Source: Candidatus Bathyarchaeia archaeon
Lineage (GTDB): Archaea > Thermoproteota > Bathyarchaeia > Bathyarchaeales > DTEX01
Reading direction: 5' to 3'
DNA: 56,173 nt
Assembly: GCA_038866525.1 (NCBI GenBank)
Contig: JAWBZG010000002.1
Coordinates: forward strand, 1 to 56,173
How positions within the stretch are numbered: the stretch's first letter is position 1; each line of letters begins with the position of its first letter. The position numbers and the translations under genes are program-made. Below the pieces are notes generated by a model. That model worked only from the letters and a program-made list of their open reading frames with translations. It had not been told where the DNA came from and made no database searches. Below, piece by piece: positions 8,613-18,015 of this stretch.

Positions 8613-9160
8613 ATATTCCCCCTCAACCTTAATACCATTATTCCAGCCATTATTTGGCAGCCAGAGCACATAATGAATACTGGTTCAAAACCAGCCATAC
8701 TAACTACTATTGCAGCAATAAAAGCTGAGATTGACCACGCGATATCATACGCAGACTCGGACAATCCTATAATTAGTCCTTTCCTCTTTTTACCACCCAC
8801 CTCAACGATTAGCGTTAGCCGCGCTGGATCTTGCAGGGCATAGGATAGCCCTAAGAAAAACTCTATTAAATATAAGTGCATAATGTCATAGGCAAAAATA
8901 TATGCTAGTGAGCATAGGGCACCTAGCGTGACGCCCGCCAAGAAAATTATTTTCTTCCCATACATGTCAATCATCTTGCCAGAAACCATCTTAAAAATAG
9001 CGGACGACAAACCGAAAACTGTTAGAAGAATGCCTAAATCTAAGGTTGATGCGGGAAATCGATCAAGAACAAATATCGTGTATATTGAGCCAAGCAGACC
9101 CGCCCCTAAGGAACTCAGAGTACTCAGCGTAACCATGAAGAGTATTTGTTCTCTCCGCAT
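8609..9160 (-). CDS. MFS-type transporter, N-terminal six-helix half only (183 aa)
   Basis: Six hydrophobic segments and the MFS loop 2-3 signature GKMIDMYGKKIIF. The ORF stops after TM6. There is no room for a C-terminal half before the radical SAM gene. Confidence 0.55.
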   Translation of the reverse strand: MRREQILFMVTLSTLSSLGAGLLGSIYTIFVLDRFPASTLDLGILLTVFGLSSAIFKMVSGKMIDMYGKKIIFLAGVTLGALCSLAYIFAYDIMHLYLIEFFLGLSYALQDPARLTLIVEVGGKKRKGLIIGLSESAYDIAWSISAFIAAIVVSMAGFEPVFIMCSGCQIMAGIMVLRLRGNI

Positions 9161-9303
9161 AGGCTCTACCTCCAGAGGGTAGAGCGCTGATGAAGCAGCT
9201 TTCTTTGAAACAGTTTACTGACGAAATCGACATTTACGGGTCTGCCTGCCTCCTAAATAGAATATATTTGTTTTGGCTTAAATAAAGGTTACGGGCGTCA
9301 TAA

Positions 9304-10329
9304 TTATGTCGACTTGAAATGTTCCCAACCTTTCCTCTCTACAATAACCCTTTTTCCATCTATCTCCATGTATACCTTTTTCTCACTTATGACCTCGCCC
9401 ACCTCTATCAGCTGCGCCCCTATATTTTCAAGAACCTCTCTCGCCTTCTCAAACATGTTAGGCTTAACTGTGACGACGAGCTCGTACTCCTCCCCGCCGT
9501 AAAGGCTTAAACTAACCGGATCGAGCCCGTACTTCTCAGCGAACAATTTGGCTTCGGGCGCTATCGGGATCTTCTTAATAAGGAAGCCGACTTTGCCCGT
9601 CTCTGAAAGCTCGTAAAGGCTCCACGCTAAACCGTCGCTTGAATCTATTGATGAAGTCAACCCACCTAAACCCGCTAAGGCTAAGCCTTCTTTAAGACGG
9701 GCTTTTGGGAATAAAACTGATTCAATTAAAGGCTTCTTTATGTAGTCTGGTGGGCTTAATCCCTCAAGCAGTATTCTAAGTCCAGCTGATGTTTTCCCAA
9801 AGTATCCCGTAACTGCAAGTATGTCACCTGGTTTAGCTCCACTCCGCCTGACAACTCTCTTTTCTTCGCACAATCCTATCATCATGCAATCTATTATTAG
9901 GTCTGATGCTTCATTTGTATCTCCACCTATAATATTGATGCCGTATTCTGTCGCTCCATCATTGAGTCCTAGACCTATTTCCTCCACATCTCTTTCCGTT
10001 AAGTTGGATGGTAAACCTATCGAGATAAGGGCTGCTAGAGGTTTAACGCCTTTAGCTGCAAAGTCGCTGACGCACATAACTATGGCTTTTCTCGCCGCCT
10101 GTCTAAAACTCATGCTTGGCGGAACATCGGTTTTGCCAACAAGCATATCAGCTTTCATAATGATCAGCTTTCCGCTATCAAGCCTGATCGCTGCCACATC
10201 GTCCCCAAAGGGAATAGGCATATCATGCATTGAGCCAAGTTTTCCCACAATAATTTTTATTATCTCTCTTTCACCTAGATCTTTAATTGACCTCATGGAT
10301 CTTACACCAGTATCCCAGAATTCTGTCAA
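9304..10329 (-). CDS. thiL: Thiamine-monophosphate kinase ThiL (AIR synthase / PurM superfamily)
   Basis: LGEREIIKII...PFGDDVAAI, SDFAAKGVKP, IIGGDTN, RSGAKPGDILAVTG. 341 aa. Its ATG overlaps the stop of the upstream vWA gene (ATGA). Confidence 0.65.
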   Translation of the reverse strand: MTEFWDTGVRSMRSIKDLGEREIIKIIVGKLGSMHDMPIPFGDDVAAIRLDSGKLIIMKADMLVGKTDVPPSMSFRQAARKAIVMCVSDFAAKGVKPLAALISIGLPSNLTERDVEEIGLGLNDGATEYGINIIGGDTNEASDLIIDCMMIGLCEEKRVVRRSGAKPGDILAVTGYFGKTSAGLRILLEGLSPPDYIKKPLIESVLFPKARLKEGLALAGLGGLTSSIDSSDGLAWSLYELSETGKVGFLIKKIPIAPEAKLFAEKYGLDPVSLSLYGGEEYELVVTVKPNMFEKAREVLENIGAQLIEVGEVISEKKVYMEIDGKRVIVERKGWEHFKST

Positions 10330-12113
10330 GATAGGAAAGTCTTATAGGTTTTAACAGATTCTAAGAGAACGAGATTTCTAAGCTCGTCTTCCGGCTTCTT
10401 AATACTATAGATTTTCACATTCGGGCATCTTTTCAATAGATTGATTTTATCAGGATACTCGCCGCCGGGAAGTAAAAATATAACTACTTTATGTCCGAGA
10501 TCCGATATATCTTTGATGACCGGTAAGGCCTCCTCAATATTCTGCCATCCGCAGTCAGTAATTATCACTACAAAGCAGCTGCCCATATTTCCCGATAATA
10601 GTCTCTTAACCTCATAAATTGGAAAAATAGTGTATTCATCAAAAGCCATCGAGAGCACCAGCTCCTTTAATTCGCTTGGAGAATCCCATGGTGCGGAAAC
10701 ATATTTCGTTGAAAACGTTATCGCAGAGGTTTGCCCACCAGCCTTATGTGCTGTCAGGTAAGCGATGAACGCTGCTATGGCTGCCTCATCATGTATCTTT
10801 GACATGCTGAGACTTGCGTCCAGAATAGTTATCTCCGATGGGACATAGCCTGTTATCAAGGATTGCCCATGGAAAGTGGGTTCCTCAATCCACTTCAACG
10901 TTGTGATCTCAGGCATTAGTGGTCCCTCATCGAGACTTATATCTAAGTCTAAATCTTCAATATCGTCCTCAATATACCAGTCGTCAGGATACTTTACAAC
11001 CGCCCAGACCGGTTTTCTAATCTTGCTCTCAGATAAGTAATGCATAATTATGTTCTCAGCCCTAGACCTATACCAGAACCTTTTCCAAAACGCATCATTA
11101 AAAATTTTTGAGCTTATTTTCTCGTAGGGTTTTGAGAGGGAGCTTGGGAGATGCGGTTCCTCATAAGCGAAACCGTGACCTGGCTTTTCAGGGAATTTTA
11201 CCATATCCGTTCTTTCACGTTTTTCTCCTCTATATTTTTCGTGGCTCTCTCCAATTTTTACAGATCCCCTTTTATGAACCCCCCACTCTTTTTCAACCAT
11301 TCTTCTAACTTTTTCTTTTTCTTCTGGTGGTAAACGGGGTTCAATCCACTGCTTAAAAAACTTCTCTGCGTCGGTGAGCCTCTCTATTTCGCCGAAGATT
11401 TCCTCAAAGCTTCTCAGTGAGCCTGGTAGAAGATCATCCCTGACCAGGATCACATTATCTTGCAGGCTTTTCTCCATCCTTTTCTTGGAGAGCAGGCTTG
11501 GAAAAATATTTCTTAGTTTGGAGAGCGCTATCGCCATCATTTGAACCTTAGTGTGCCATGGCTTATCAAGCAATGTTATTGCTAAAAGCTCCTTAGAGAT
11601 GTTTTCAAGAGTCTTATTGGATGGTTTACGGATCGGGTTTATTTGAAGATAAACCTCCTGAAGCAGGAATTCGAGCAAGGATGAAGCTTTCTTTATTATC
11701 TTCATGAAATATGGAATCTCGTCGAATCTTCTAGGGAGATAATTTACATTGATTTGAAGGTCAGCGAAAAGATGCGTAATTAAGTAGGCGAAGTCCCAGT
11801 CTCCAGTAACATTGTAAGCAGCCTTCTCTAGGCTATATGCTGTTCTAGCATCATATGGACAGTAGTGAACATGTGCTAACTCATGACGGAAAAACCACAG
11901 CAAATACTTATATGGATCGCAGCCTTCAGGGATTATTCTCGGGTTTACATGAATCCTGCCATTAAAGGCTATTAATGTTCTAGAGCTTTCAGACATTTTT
12001 TCGTCGACGATAAGTCTGGCTAGTGGGCAGTAAAGATCCACCCATGCTTGATTAAAAGCGTCAACTATGCATTTAATGAAATCGGCGTTATCCTCCACTA
12101 TTTTAGCCTCCAT
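10326..12113 (-). CDS. HExxH metallopeptidase-like N-domain + C-terminal vWA domain protein (DUF2201 / COG3864-like)
   Basis: HELAH is encoded at 11871..11885. There is a long charged linker and a C-terminal MIDAS-like ILDASLSMS followed by an alpha/beta pattern. ATG 12113 is chosen. The ORF is open from TTG 12149. Confidence 0.6.
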   Translation of the reverse strand: MEAKIVEDNADFIKCIVDAFNQAWVDLYCPLARLIVDEKMSESSRTLIAFNGRIHVNPRIIPEGCDPYKYLLWFFRHELAHVHYCPYDARTAYSLEKAAYNVTGDWDFAYLITHLFADLQINVNYLPRRFDEIPYFMKIIKKASSLLEFLLQEVYLQINPIRKPSNKTLENISKELLAITLLDKPWHTKVQMMAIALSKLRNIFPSLLSKKRMEKSLQDNVILVRDDLLPGSLRSFEEIFGEIERLTDAEKFFKQWIEPRLPPEEKEKVRRMVEKEWGVHKRGSVKIGESHEKYRGEKRERTDMVKFPEKPGHGFAYEEPHLPSSLSKPYEKISSKIFNDAFWKRFWYRSRAENIIMHYLSESKIRKPVWAVVKYPDDWYIEDDIEDLDLDISLDEGPLMPEITTLKWIEEPTFHGQSLITGYVPSEITILDASLSMSKIHDEAAIAAFIAYLTAHKAGGQTSAITFSTKYVSAPWDSPSELKELVLSMAFDEYTIFPIYEVKRLLSGNMGSCFVVIITDCGWQNIEEALPVIKDISDLGHKVVIFLLPGGEYPDKINLLKRCPNVKIYSIKKPEDELRNLVLLESVKTYKTFLS

Positions 12114-13348
12114 TGACCATAGTTGTAGCTGCCATAACGTACGCGCCAACCCATCTGCGTAGCTATGTCTTCGCCCTGCTTAAGTAACCCCTCATTGATC
12201 CACTTATCTTCAATCTTCATCAGCTCTTCAGCGAAGACAACATCTTCAACTGCAGCTTCTCTCGCCAACCTATATATCGACGGGTCAAACCCCTTCATAA
12301 TTTCGTTAAGTAAAGCCCACTGTCTTCTTATCCGCCTATTCTCCATCTTTGCCCTTTCTCTTTCAAGCAGATTCTGTAAATCAACCAGAATATTCCTTGT
12401 GCGAATTAAGCTTAGTCTATGCGGAAAAACCCATAAAGCCATCTGGAATAAATCGTCAATATCGCATTTTCCATAAAACCATTTAAATGCCTTCGCAAGG
12501 TTAATGAGGGCGACTGTAGCCCGTTCACTCACTGGCTCCTTTATCATCCCACATACTTCGCGTATAAAGTGGCAGCCTTCACAGAGTGTTGGCGGCTTAA
12601 TCTCAGAGCTCTCTTTGTCGCGCACACACGACTGAAAATCTCTAACTATCAAATTAATGTATCCAGTTAACTCCGCATCTAACTCTGTAGCTGCAACCTC
12701 CATTCGAATCTCTTGGAGCTCATCGAAAGACAGTATTTGCGGCATAGATTCGACAAGGTTCCAGTCATATTTTTCCAGCATTTCCTGAAGCTGGAATTTT
12801 TCGCTAAGCGTTAGTGTTCTAAGAAAAACACATATGTCGAATCTATCGTAGAATGGGGGTGGATGAATAAATGATGTTGCATCTGAAGGGTTCTCATTCG
12901 CAATTAAAATATAATCGTCAACCTTAGATTTCTGCCCATAAGCCCAAACCTCGCCGAACTGCATCAAGTGATGTATGTTAGCCGTTGTATAGGGGTTTAG
13001 GCGGTTTAATTCATCGATGCCTTTTCCCCGGCTCTTAACGAAAGCAGCCCATAGAACCCGCTCAACCCCCTCTTTCTCAAGCGACGGTATATGAAGCCTA
13101 CCGACCACCTCCCCTCTCTTTACCTCAGAGGCTCCTGAAACAACAACGAAGTCGTCGCCCGTGATGCCTTTAAGCAATAAGAGCATAAGCGTCGATTTCC
13201 CAACGCCTCTTGGCGCCCGTATAAGGGATGCTGAACGCGGGTGCAGCTGATTTAACACAAGCGCCCTGATGGCCTCTCGGTTCGCAACAAATCGGTTTGC
13301 TATCTCCCTCTCCAACTCCATAACTTTGTTTCGCAGATATTGCATCAT
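12098..13348 (-). CDS. MoxR-family AAA+ ATPase with a C-terminal extension
   Basis: Walker A RAPRGVGKST, Walker B/sensor GIDELNRLNP, IANENPSD...PPPFYDRF. ATG 13348 is preceded by GGAGG. The ORF is open from 13411. Confidence 0.75.
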   Translation of the reverse strand: MMQYLRNKVMELEREIANRFVANREAIRALVLNQLHPRSASLIRAPRGVGKSTLMLLLLKGITGDDFVVVSGASEVKRGEVVGRLHIPSLEKEGVERVLWAAFVKSRGKGIDELNRLNPYTTANIHHLMQFGEVWAYGQKSKVDDYILIANENPSDATSFIHPPPFYDRFDICVFLRTLTLSEKFQLQEMLEKYDWNLVESMPQILSFDELQEIRMEVAATELDAELTGYINLIVRDFQSCVRDKESSEIKPPTLCEGCHFIREVCGMIKEPVSERATVALINLAKAFKWFYGKCDIDDLFQMALWVFPHRLSLIRTRNILVDLQNLLERERAKMENRRIRRQWALLNEIMKGFDPSIYRLAREAAVEDVVFAEELMKIEDKWINEGLLKQGEDIATQMGWRVRYGSYNYGQWRLK

Positions 13349-13359
13349 GCTGTTTCCTC

Positions 13360-13710
13360 CTAAATTAGAGCTAAAAATACGGTTATAAGCACGGCTGCCG
13401 TAAGTCCACATAACACAATTTTCATTCTCCTGAGCTGACTGTAGAGGCGGAGGTTCTCTTCCTCTAAATCATGAAGTCGATCCCTAATCATCCTTGCGAC
13501 CCTTTGATCTATAACAACTGTTTTTGATGGGTCGTTGCCGAAGTATATTAGGTTCATAATATCTGAGGAGCCTTTCTCAACCATAACAGTATCCGTTTTA
13601 TCCCACCATGATATTAGGAAACTTTTTCCGTTTTCTAAACGCCTCTTCTCAAAAGGAGCCTTTTTCGCTTCAATCTCCAGAAAACTTTTGTATTTTTCGC
13701 TGACATTCAT
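13360..13710 (-). CDS. Small tail-anchored protein (116 aa): soluble N-domain, coiled-coil, one C-terminal TM helix
   Basis: C-terminal IVLCGLTAAVLITVFLALI. The stop lies 11 nt before the MoxR ATG. No family recognised. Confidence 0.45.
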   Translation of the reverse strand: MNVSEKYKSFLEIEAKKAPFEKRRLENGKSFLISWWDKTDTVMVEKGSSDIMNLIYFGNDPSKTVVIDQRVARMIRDRLHDLEEENLRLYSQLRRMKIVLCGLTAAVLITVFLALI

Positions 13711-13807
13711 TACTCAAACCCTATTATAGAGATACTCTAGGTTCAATTTATTTTTTCCTACTGTAGATAAGAAGGTTAAATAAGGATTCAAAATCTTAAT
13801 AGCTACG

Positions 13808-15496
13808 GTGGACGTAAACTTGAGAGTTTCAGACATAATAGTTAAGTTTTTGGAGAGAGCCAGCGTCAATCTCATGTTTGGTTTACCTGGCTCCCAAACC
13901 TGCCCGCTATACGACAGCCTTTTCGCTTCATCTATAAGACATGTGCTCGTCAGACATGAGCAGTCAGCAGCCTACATGGCTGACGCATATGCAAAATTCA
14001 CTGGAAAGATTGGGGTTTGTAATGGAACCGGCGGACCGGGTGCAACAAACCTGTTGACCGGGGTTGCAACAGCCTGGACTGATAGCACACCTATGTTGGT
14101 TCTCACTGGACAGCAGTCCTTAAACCATCTGGGTAAAGGAGCCTTTCAAGAGATCGATCAAGTATCGCTTTTCTCCCCTATAACTAAATGGTCTACTATG
14201 CTAGTTAAACCGGAAAAAACGATTGAAACATTAAAAAGAGCCATTAGAATAGCTGTGTCTGGCAGACCTGGCCCGGTACATTTAAATTTACCGTCGGATA
14301 TTCAATGCGAGCATATAGAGTATGATGAGGTAAAAGTCTCAAGGGAGGCTTCATGCGCTTTCTCCATATTTAAGCCCTGCGGCGACCCCCTAGCTATAGA
14401 CTCTGCACTTAATCTTCTCACCGAATCCTTTAGACCGGTTATAATTTCGGGCGGAGGGGTGCATTACTCCAGCCGGGCATATAAGGAGCTTAGAGCTCTA
14501 GCGGAGCATTTGAATATCCCGGTTGCTACAACGTTTAATGGTAGAGGATCTTTTCCAGAGGATCATCCGCTTTCGGTTGGAAGAATTGGTGTGCACGCTT
14601 CCATGTTCAGCAATAGGATTGTGTCTGAAGCTGACGTGATATTGGCTGTAGGATGTAGATTCGCCGCCTTAAGCACTAGTCTATGGAGCAACATAAACCC
14701 GGCTGCGAAGCTAATTCACGTCGATATTGACCCTGAAATTATCGGCAAGAATTATTGCGCTGAGATAGGTATAGTAGGCGACGCAAGGAAGGTCTTATCG
14801 GAGATGCTGGAAAGAGCTAAAGGATTGAAATATCTTGGAAGGGATAGGCGTGAAGAGTGGATAAAGTATATAGAGAGGGTTAAGGAAGAGTGGAGGAAAT
14901 CTAAGTGTTATTCTGGAGTGTTCTCGGAGAGAAGCCCAATAAAACCGCAGAGAGCATGCGCTGAGATACGAAAGGCATGCGATAGGGACACAATCTTCAC
15001 TTTAGATGCAGGGAACAATAAGATGTGGGTCTCAACATTTCTAGAGATTTATGAGCCGCACACGTGGATACAATCCGGCTGCTTTGGACCTATGGGATAC
15101 GCTATACCAGCAGCCATAGCATGCAGATTAGCTCTCGGGGACAACGCTAGGAGTGTTGTTGCCATATGTGGTGATGGAGGCTTCTATATGAGCATGCATG
15201 AGATTGCAACAGCCATACAGGAGAATGCACCTATATTAGCATGCATTTTTAATGATGGTTTTTTAGGCACTATAATGCATCGCCAAAGAGATTTCTACGG
15301 CGGAAGGTTCATCTCTGTTAGTCTTAAGAACCCTTCTTTCGCGGATATTGCAGAGGCATTCGGCTGCCGCGGGATAAGCGTCGATAGACCAGATAGACTT
15401 AAGTCAGCTTTAGAAGATGGATTAAAGGCTGTAAGAAGAGGCGAGACCACGATCATAGATATTAAAATAGACGGGGAAGAACCTCTCCCGCCATAG
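13808..15496 (+). CDS. Thiamine-diphosphate-dependent enzyme, acetolactate synthase large-subunit family
   Basis: GLPGSQ, HEQSAAYMADAYAK, GGPGATN, and the TPP motif GDGGFYMS...NDG. 562 aa. Confidence 0.8.
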   Translation: MDVNLRVSDIIVKFLERASVNLMFGLPGSQTCPLYDSLFASSIRHVLVRHEQSAAYMADAYAKFTGKIGVCNGTGGPGATNLLTGVATAWTDSTPMLVLTGQQSLNHLGKGAFQEIDQVSLFSPITKWSTMLVKPEKTIETLKRAIRIAVSGRPGPVHLNLPSDIQCEHIEYDEVKVSREASCAFSIFKPCGDPLAIDSALNLLTESFRPVIISGGGVHYSSRAYKELRALAEHLNIPVATTFNGRGSFPEDHPLSVGRIGVHASMFSNRIVSEADVILAVGCRFAALSTSLWSNINPAAKLIHVDIDPEIIGKNYCAEIGIVGDARKVLSEMLERAKGLKYLGRDRREEWIKYIERVKEEWRKSKCYSGVFSERSPIKPQRACAEIRKACDRDTIFTLDAGNNKMWVSTFLEIYEPHTWIQSGCFGPMGYAIPAAIACRLALGDNARSVVAICGDGGFYMSMHEIATAIQENAPILACIFNDGFLGTIMHRQRDFYGGRFISVSLKNPSFADIAEAFGCRGISVDRPDRLKSALEDGLKAVRRGETTIIDIKIDGEEPLPP

Positions 15497-15549
15497 GAAA
15501 AGGCAATTAAAACCCTTATATCTAAAATTTTACCTTTAAGTCAAGTGAA

Positions 15550-16743
15550 GTGGTATCTATGGATTTAAATGCGCTAATTGGAAAAACCTACATTTTTCAG
15601 CTCCCTAAGAAAATAATTTTTGGAATGAATTCTTCAAGGTTGATTGGGGTTGAAGTTAAAGCACTTAGTGGAAGCAAAGTTTTACTCGTCACGGATAATA
15701 ATTTAAGGACTGTTGGTGTCACTAGGGAAATTGAGGAGGTTCTTTCAGAGGAGGACTTGGTTTTCGAGATTTTCAGCGATATTAAAGCGGAGCCAAATAT
15801 AGAGGTTGCCGAGAAAGTAGCTGAGTTTGCTAGAAAAAACAGATATGATTTAGTTGTCGGGGTTGGAGGGGGCAGCGTGTTAGATATGGCTAAAGTTGCA
15901 TCAATAGCCATAACGAACCCAGGTTCAGTGAGAAGCTACATTGGTGTAGATCTCGTTAAGAAGCCTGGGCTGCCAAAAATCCTTATGCCAACAACCGCTG
16001 GAACCGGTTCTGAAGTCACTAGGGTTGCTGTGATAACGTTAGAGGATGAGGAGGCAAAGTCAGCGATAATAAGCCCGTACTTAATTAGCGACGTGGCGAT
16101 AGTTGATCCGAAGCTGACTTTCAGCATGCCCCAAAAAATAACAGCCTCAACAGGTTTAGACGCATTAAGCCATGCGCTAGAAGCGATAATGGCGGTTAAC
16201 GCCAACCCTATAACCGACGCACTAGCTCTGCAAGCCATTAAAGTGATAAGCGAATACTTGCCGCGATCCTATAGGAGCGGTGATGTGGAGAGCCGAGTTA
16301 ACATGAGTTTGGGATCCCTGATGGCTGGCATGGCATTTGCAAACTCATGGGTATGCTTAGGGCATGCCCTTGCATACTCATTCTCCGTAGCCTACAAGGT
16401 TCCGCACGGCGTTTCCTGCGGTTTAGCCCTACCGTATGCCTTTAAATTTAATATGCCTGCGATTTCTCATAAAATTCCTCAGATCGCTGAAGCCATTGGG
16501 CTCCCCAGAGAAGCGGCCGCAGACAATAAACTTGGGGAGCTGATCATGCACAGACTTTTAAGTCTACTGGCGGATCTAAATGTGCCTAGAAGACTAAAAG
16601 ATGTCGGCGTACCTGAAAGCGACATTGAGAAAATAGCGGGTAAGCTGTTAACCTTTACACGTTTAATTCGAGCAAATCCAAGAAGTATTTCTAGAGAAGA
16701 AGCCTTAAATCTTGTTGCAGAAATGTGGCGCGGCCTTGAATAA
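15550..16743 (+). CDS. Iron-containing (group III) alcohol dehydrogenase
   Basis: GVGGGSVLDMAK, TTAGTGSEVT, and His-rich metal site LSHALEA...GHALAY. 397 aa. Confidence 0.85.
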   Translation: MVSMDLNALIGKTYIFQLPKKIIFGMNSSRLIGVEVKALSGSKVLLVTDNNLRTVGVTREIEEVLSEEDLVFEIFSDIKAEPNIEVAEKVAEFARKNRYDLVVGVGGGSVLDMAKVASIAITNPGSVRSYIGVDLVKKPGLPKILMPTTAGTGSEVTRVAVITLEDEEAKSAIISPYLISDVAIVDPKLTFSMPQKITASTGLDALSHALEAIMAVNANPITDALALQAIKVISEYLPRSYRSGDVESRVNMSLGSLMAGMAFANSWVCLGHALAYSFSVAYKVPHGVSCGLALPYAFKFNMPAISHKIPQIAEAIGLPREAAADNKLGELIMHRLLSLLADLNVPRRLKDVGVPESDIEKIAGKLLTFTRLIRANPRSISREEALNLVAEMWRGLE

Positions 16744-16762
16744 AATCGACTGGTGGAAAGGT

Positions 16763-17593
16763 TTGCATAAGCATTCAATAATAACTTTACTCTCAGATTT
16801 TGGTCTCAGAGACTCCTATGTTGCTGAGATGAAAGCAGTAATACTCTCAATATTTCCAAACGTGCAAATAGTCGACATAAGCCATGAGGTTAGAAAATTC
16901 GATATTAGAATGGGGGCTTTCCTATTAGCACGCGCAGCACAATTCTTCCCAAAGGGAACAGTACATGTAGCCGTCGTGGATCCCGGAGTAGGTACAGAGA
17001 GGCGGCCAATAATAGTTGAGACCGAGAAGAGCTTTTACGTGGGTCCAGATAACGGTCTACTAATGCTTTCGGCTCAAAGAGAAAATATTAGGCATGTGTA
17101 CGTCATAGAGAACAGAAAATATATGCTTAGGTGTATTTCGAGAACTTTCCATGGAAGGGATATATTTGCGCCAGCCGCGGCATATTTAGCGAGCGGCATT
17201 CCGCCATCAGAGCTAGGTCCAGAAATATATGACCCCATTATGCCGCAGTTCGCTAAACCTAAAGTGTTAAAGAATTCCATTAAGGGCGAGATAATATATG
17301 TTGATGATTTTGGAAACCTGGTTACTAATATAACGGATTTTGATTTAAAGCTTCTTGAGATTGAGGAAGGCGACAATATAATTGTTGAACTTGGGGGGGA
17401 GGAAGTGCTGTTAAAGATATGTAAGGCTTATGGTGAGGTTCAAACTGGCATGCCCCTCGCAATAATTGGAAGCTGCAACTTTCTTGAAATATCGGTGAAT
17501 CAAGGCAATGCATCGAAATTTTTCGGGGTTAAAGATGGTGAAGAAATAATAGTTTATAAACTAGGAAATAGATTACTGAGGGTGGAAGCATGA
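16763..17593 (+). CDS. SAM hydroxide adenosyltransferase (DUF62, chlorinase/fluorinase-like fold)
   Basis: ITLLSDFGLRDSYVAEMKAVI, VVDPGVGT and FHGRDIFAPAAA motifs. TTG 16763 removes the 32-nt overlap with the ADH gene that ATG 16712 would create. Confidence 0.75.
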   Translation: MHKHSIITLLSDFGLRDSYVAEMKAVILSIFPNVQIVDISHEVRKFDIRMGAFLLARAAQFFPKGTVHVAVVDPGVGTERRPIIVETEKSFYVGPDNGLLMLSAQRENIRHVYVIENRKYMLRCISRTFHGRDIFAPAAAYLASGIPPSELGPEIYDPIMPQFAKPKVLKNSIKGEIIYVDDFGNLVTNITDFDLKLLEIEEGDNIIVELGGEEVLLKICKAYGEVQTGMPLAIIGSCNFLEISVNQGNASKFFGVKDGEEIIVYKLGNRLLRVEA

Positions 17594-17635
17594 TAAGAAT
17601 ACAGAGCAAAAATAAAGTTGCTCCTGCACTAAAAC

Positions 17636-17968
17636 ATGGCGAATCCATTTACTATGACCTCTTTGGCAAGCCTGTATGATAGCTCAAATAAGGATCCTGA
17701 AAGCGAATGTCTCCAAACTATGTGGAAATGCTGGATAACCATTGTGCCGCCTAAAGTTGAAATAAAACCGCATGTCCATAAGGATCATGAGCAAATATAT
17801 TATTTGATTAAGGGTTCTGGGATAATCCTTGTCAGCGACGAAAAAGCCGAGGTTAAAGCTGGCGACTGCATATATCTGCCAAGCGACATACCTCACGGCT
17901 TCATAACAACGGTGATGAAGAGACTGAAATATTCTGCGTCGGCGCAAACATATTTAGACCATGGATAG
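17636..17968 (+). CDS. Cupin-domain protein whose C-terminus appears frameshifted
   Basis: Cupin motifs HVHKDHEQIYYLIKG and GDCIYLPSDIPHGF. After HGFI a better cupin-like tail (NNGDEETEIFCVGANIF) continues in frame 1 to 17997. Confidence 0.6.
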   Translation: MANPFTMTSLASLYDSSNKDPESECLQTMWKCWITIVPPKVEIKPHVHKDHEQIYYLIKGSGIILVSDEKAEVKAGDCIYLPSDIPHGFITTVMKRLKYSASAQTYLDHG

Positions 17969-18015
17969 TGAAGAGACAAGAACAGAATAAGGATTAATCA
18001 CCCTGAGAAAAACAA

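Noticed and set aside
9185-9230. Box C/D sRNA-like string CTGATGA...CTGA in the thiL/MFS intergenic region; also TTGATGT...CTGA...CTGA at about 33125..33170
   Set aside because: The C-to-D' and C'-to-D spacings are too short for 10-12-nt guides, no C' box is present, and the C boxes deviate from RUGAUGA.
9304-10329. The AIR-synthase-family gene as HypE or selenophosphate synthetase, given nearby hydrogenase maturation genes
   Set aside because: It lacks the HypE C-terminal PRIC motif and the SelD N-terminal Cys/Sec-containing loop. Its motif order and length fit ThiL.
16712-16762. ATG 16712 as the start of the DUF62 gene, which would overlap the ADH gene by 32 nt
   Set aside because: The family's conserved N-terminus begins at IITLLSDFG. 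TTG 16763 lies just upstream of it and after the ADH stop.
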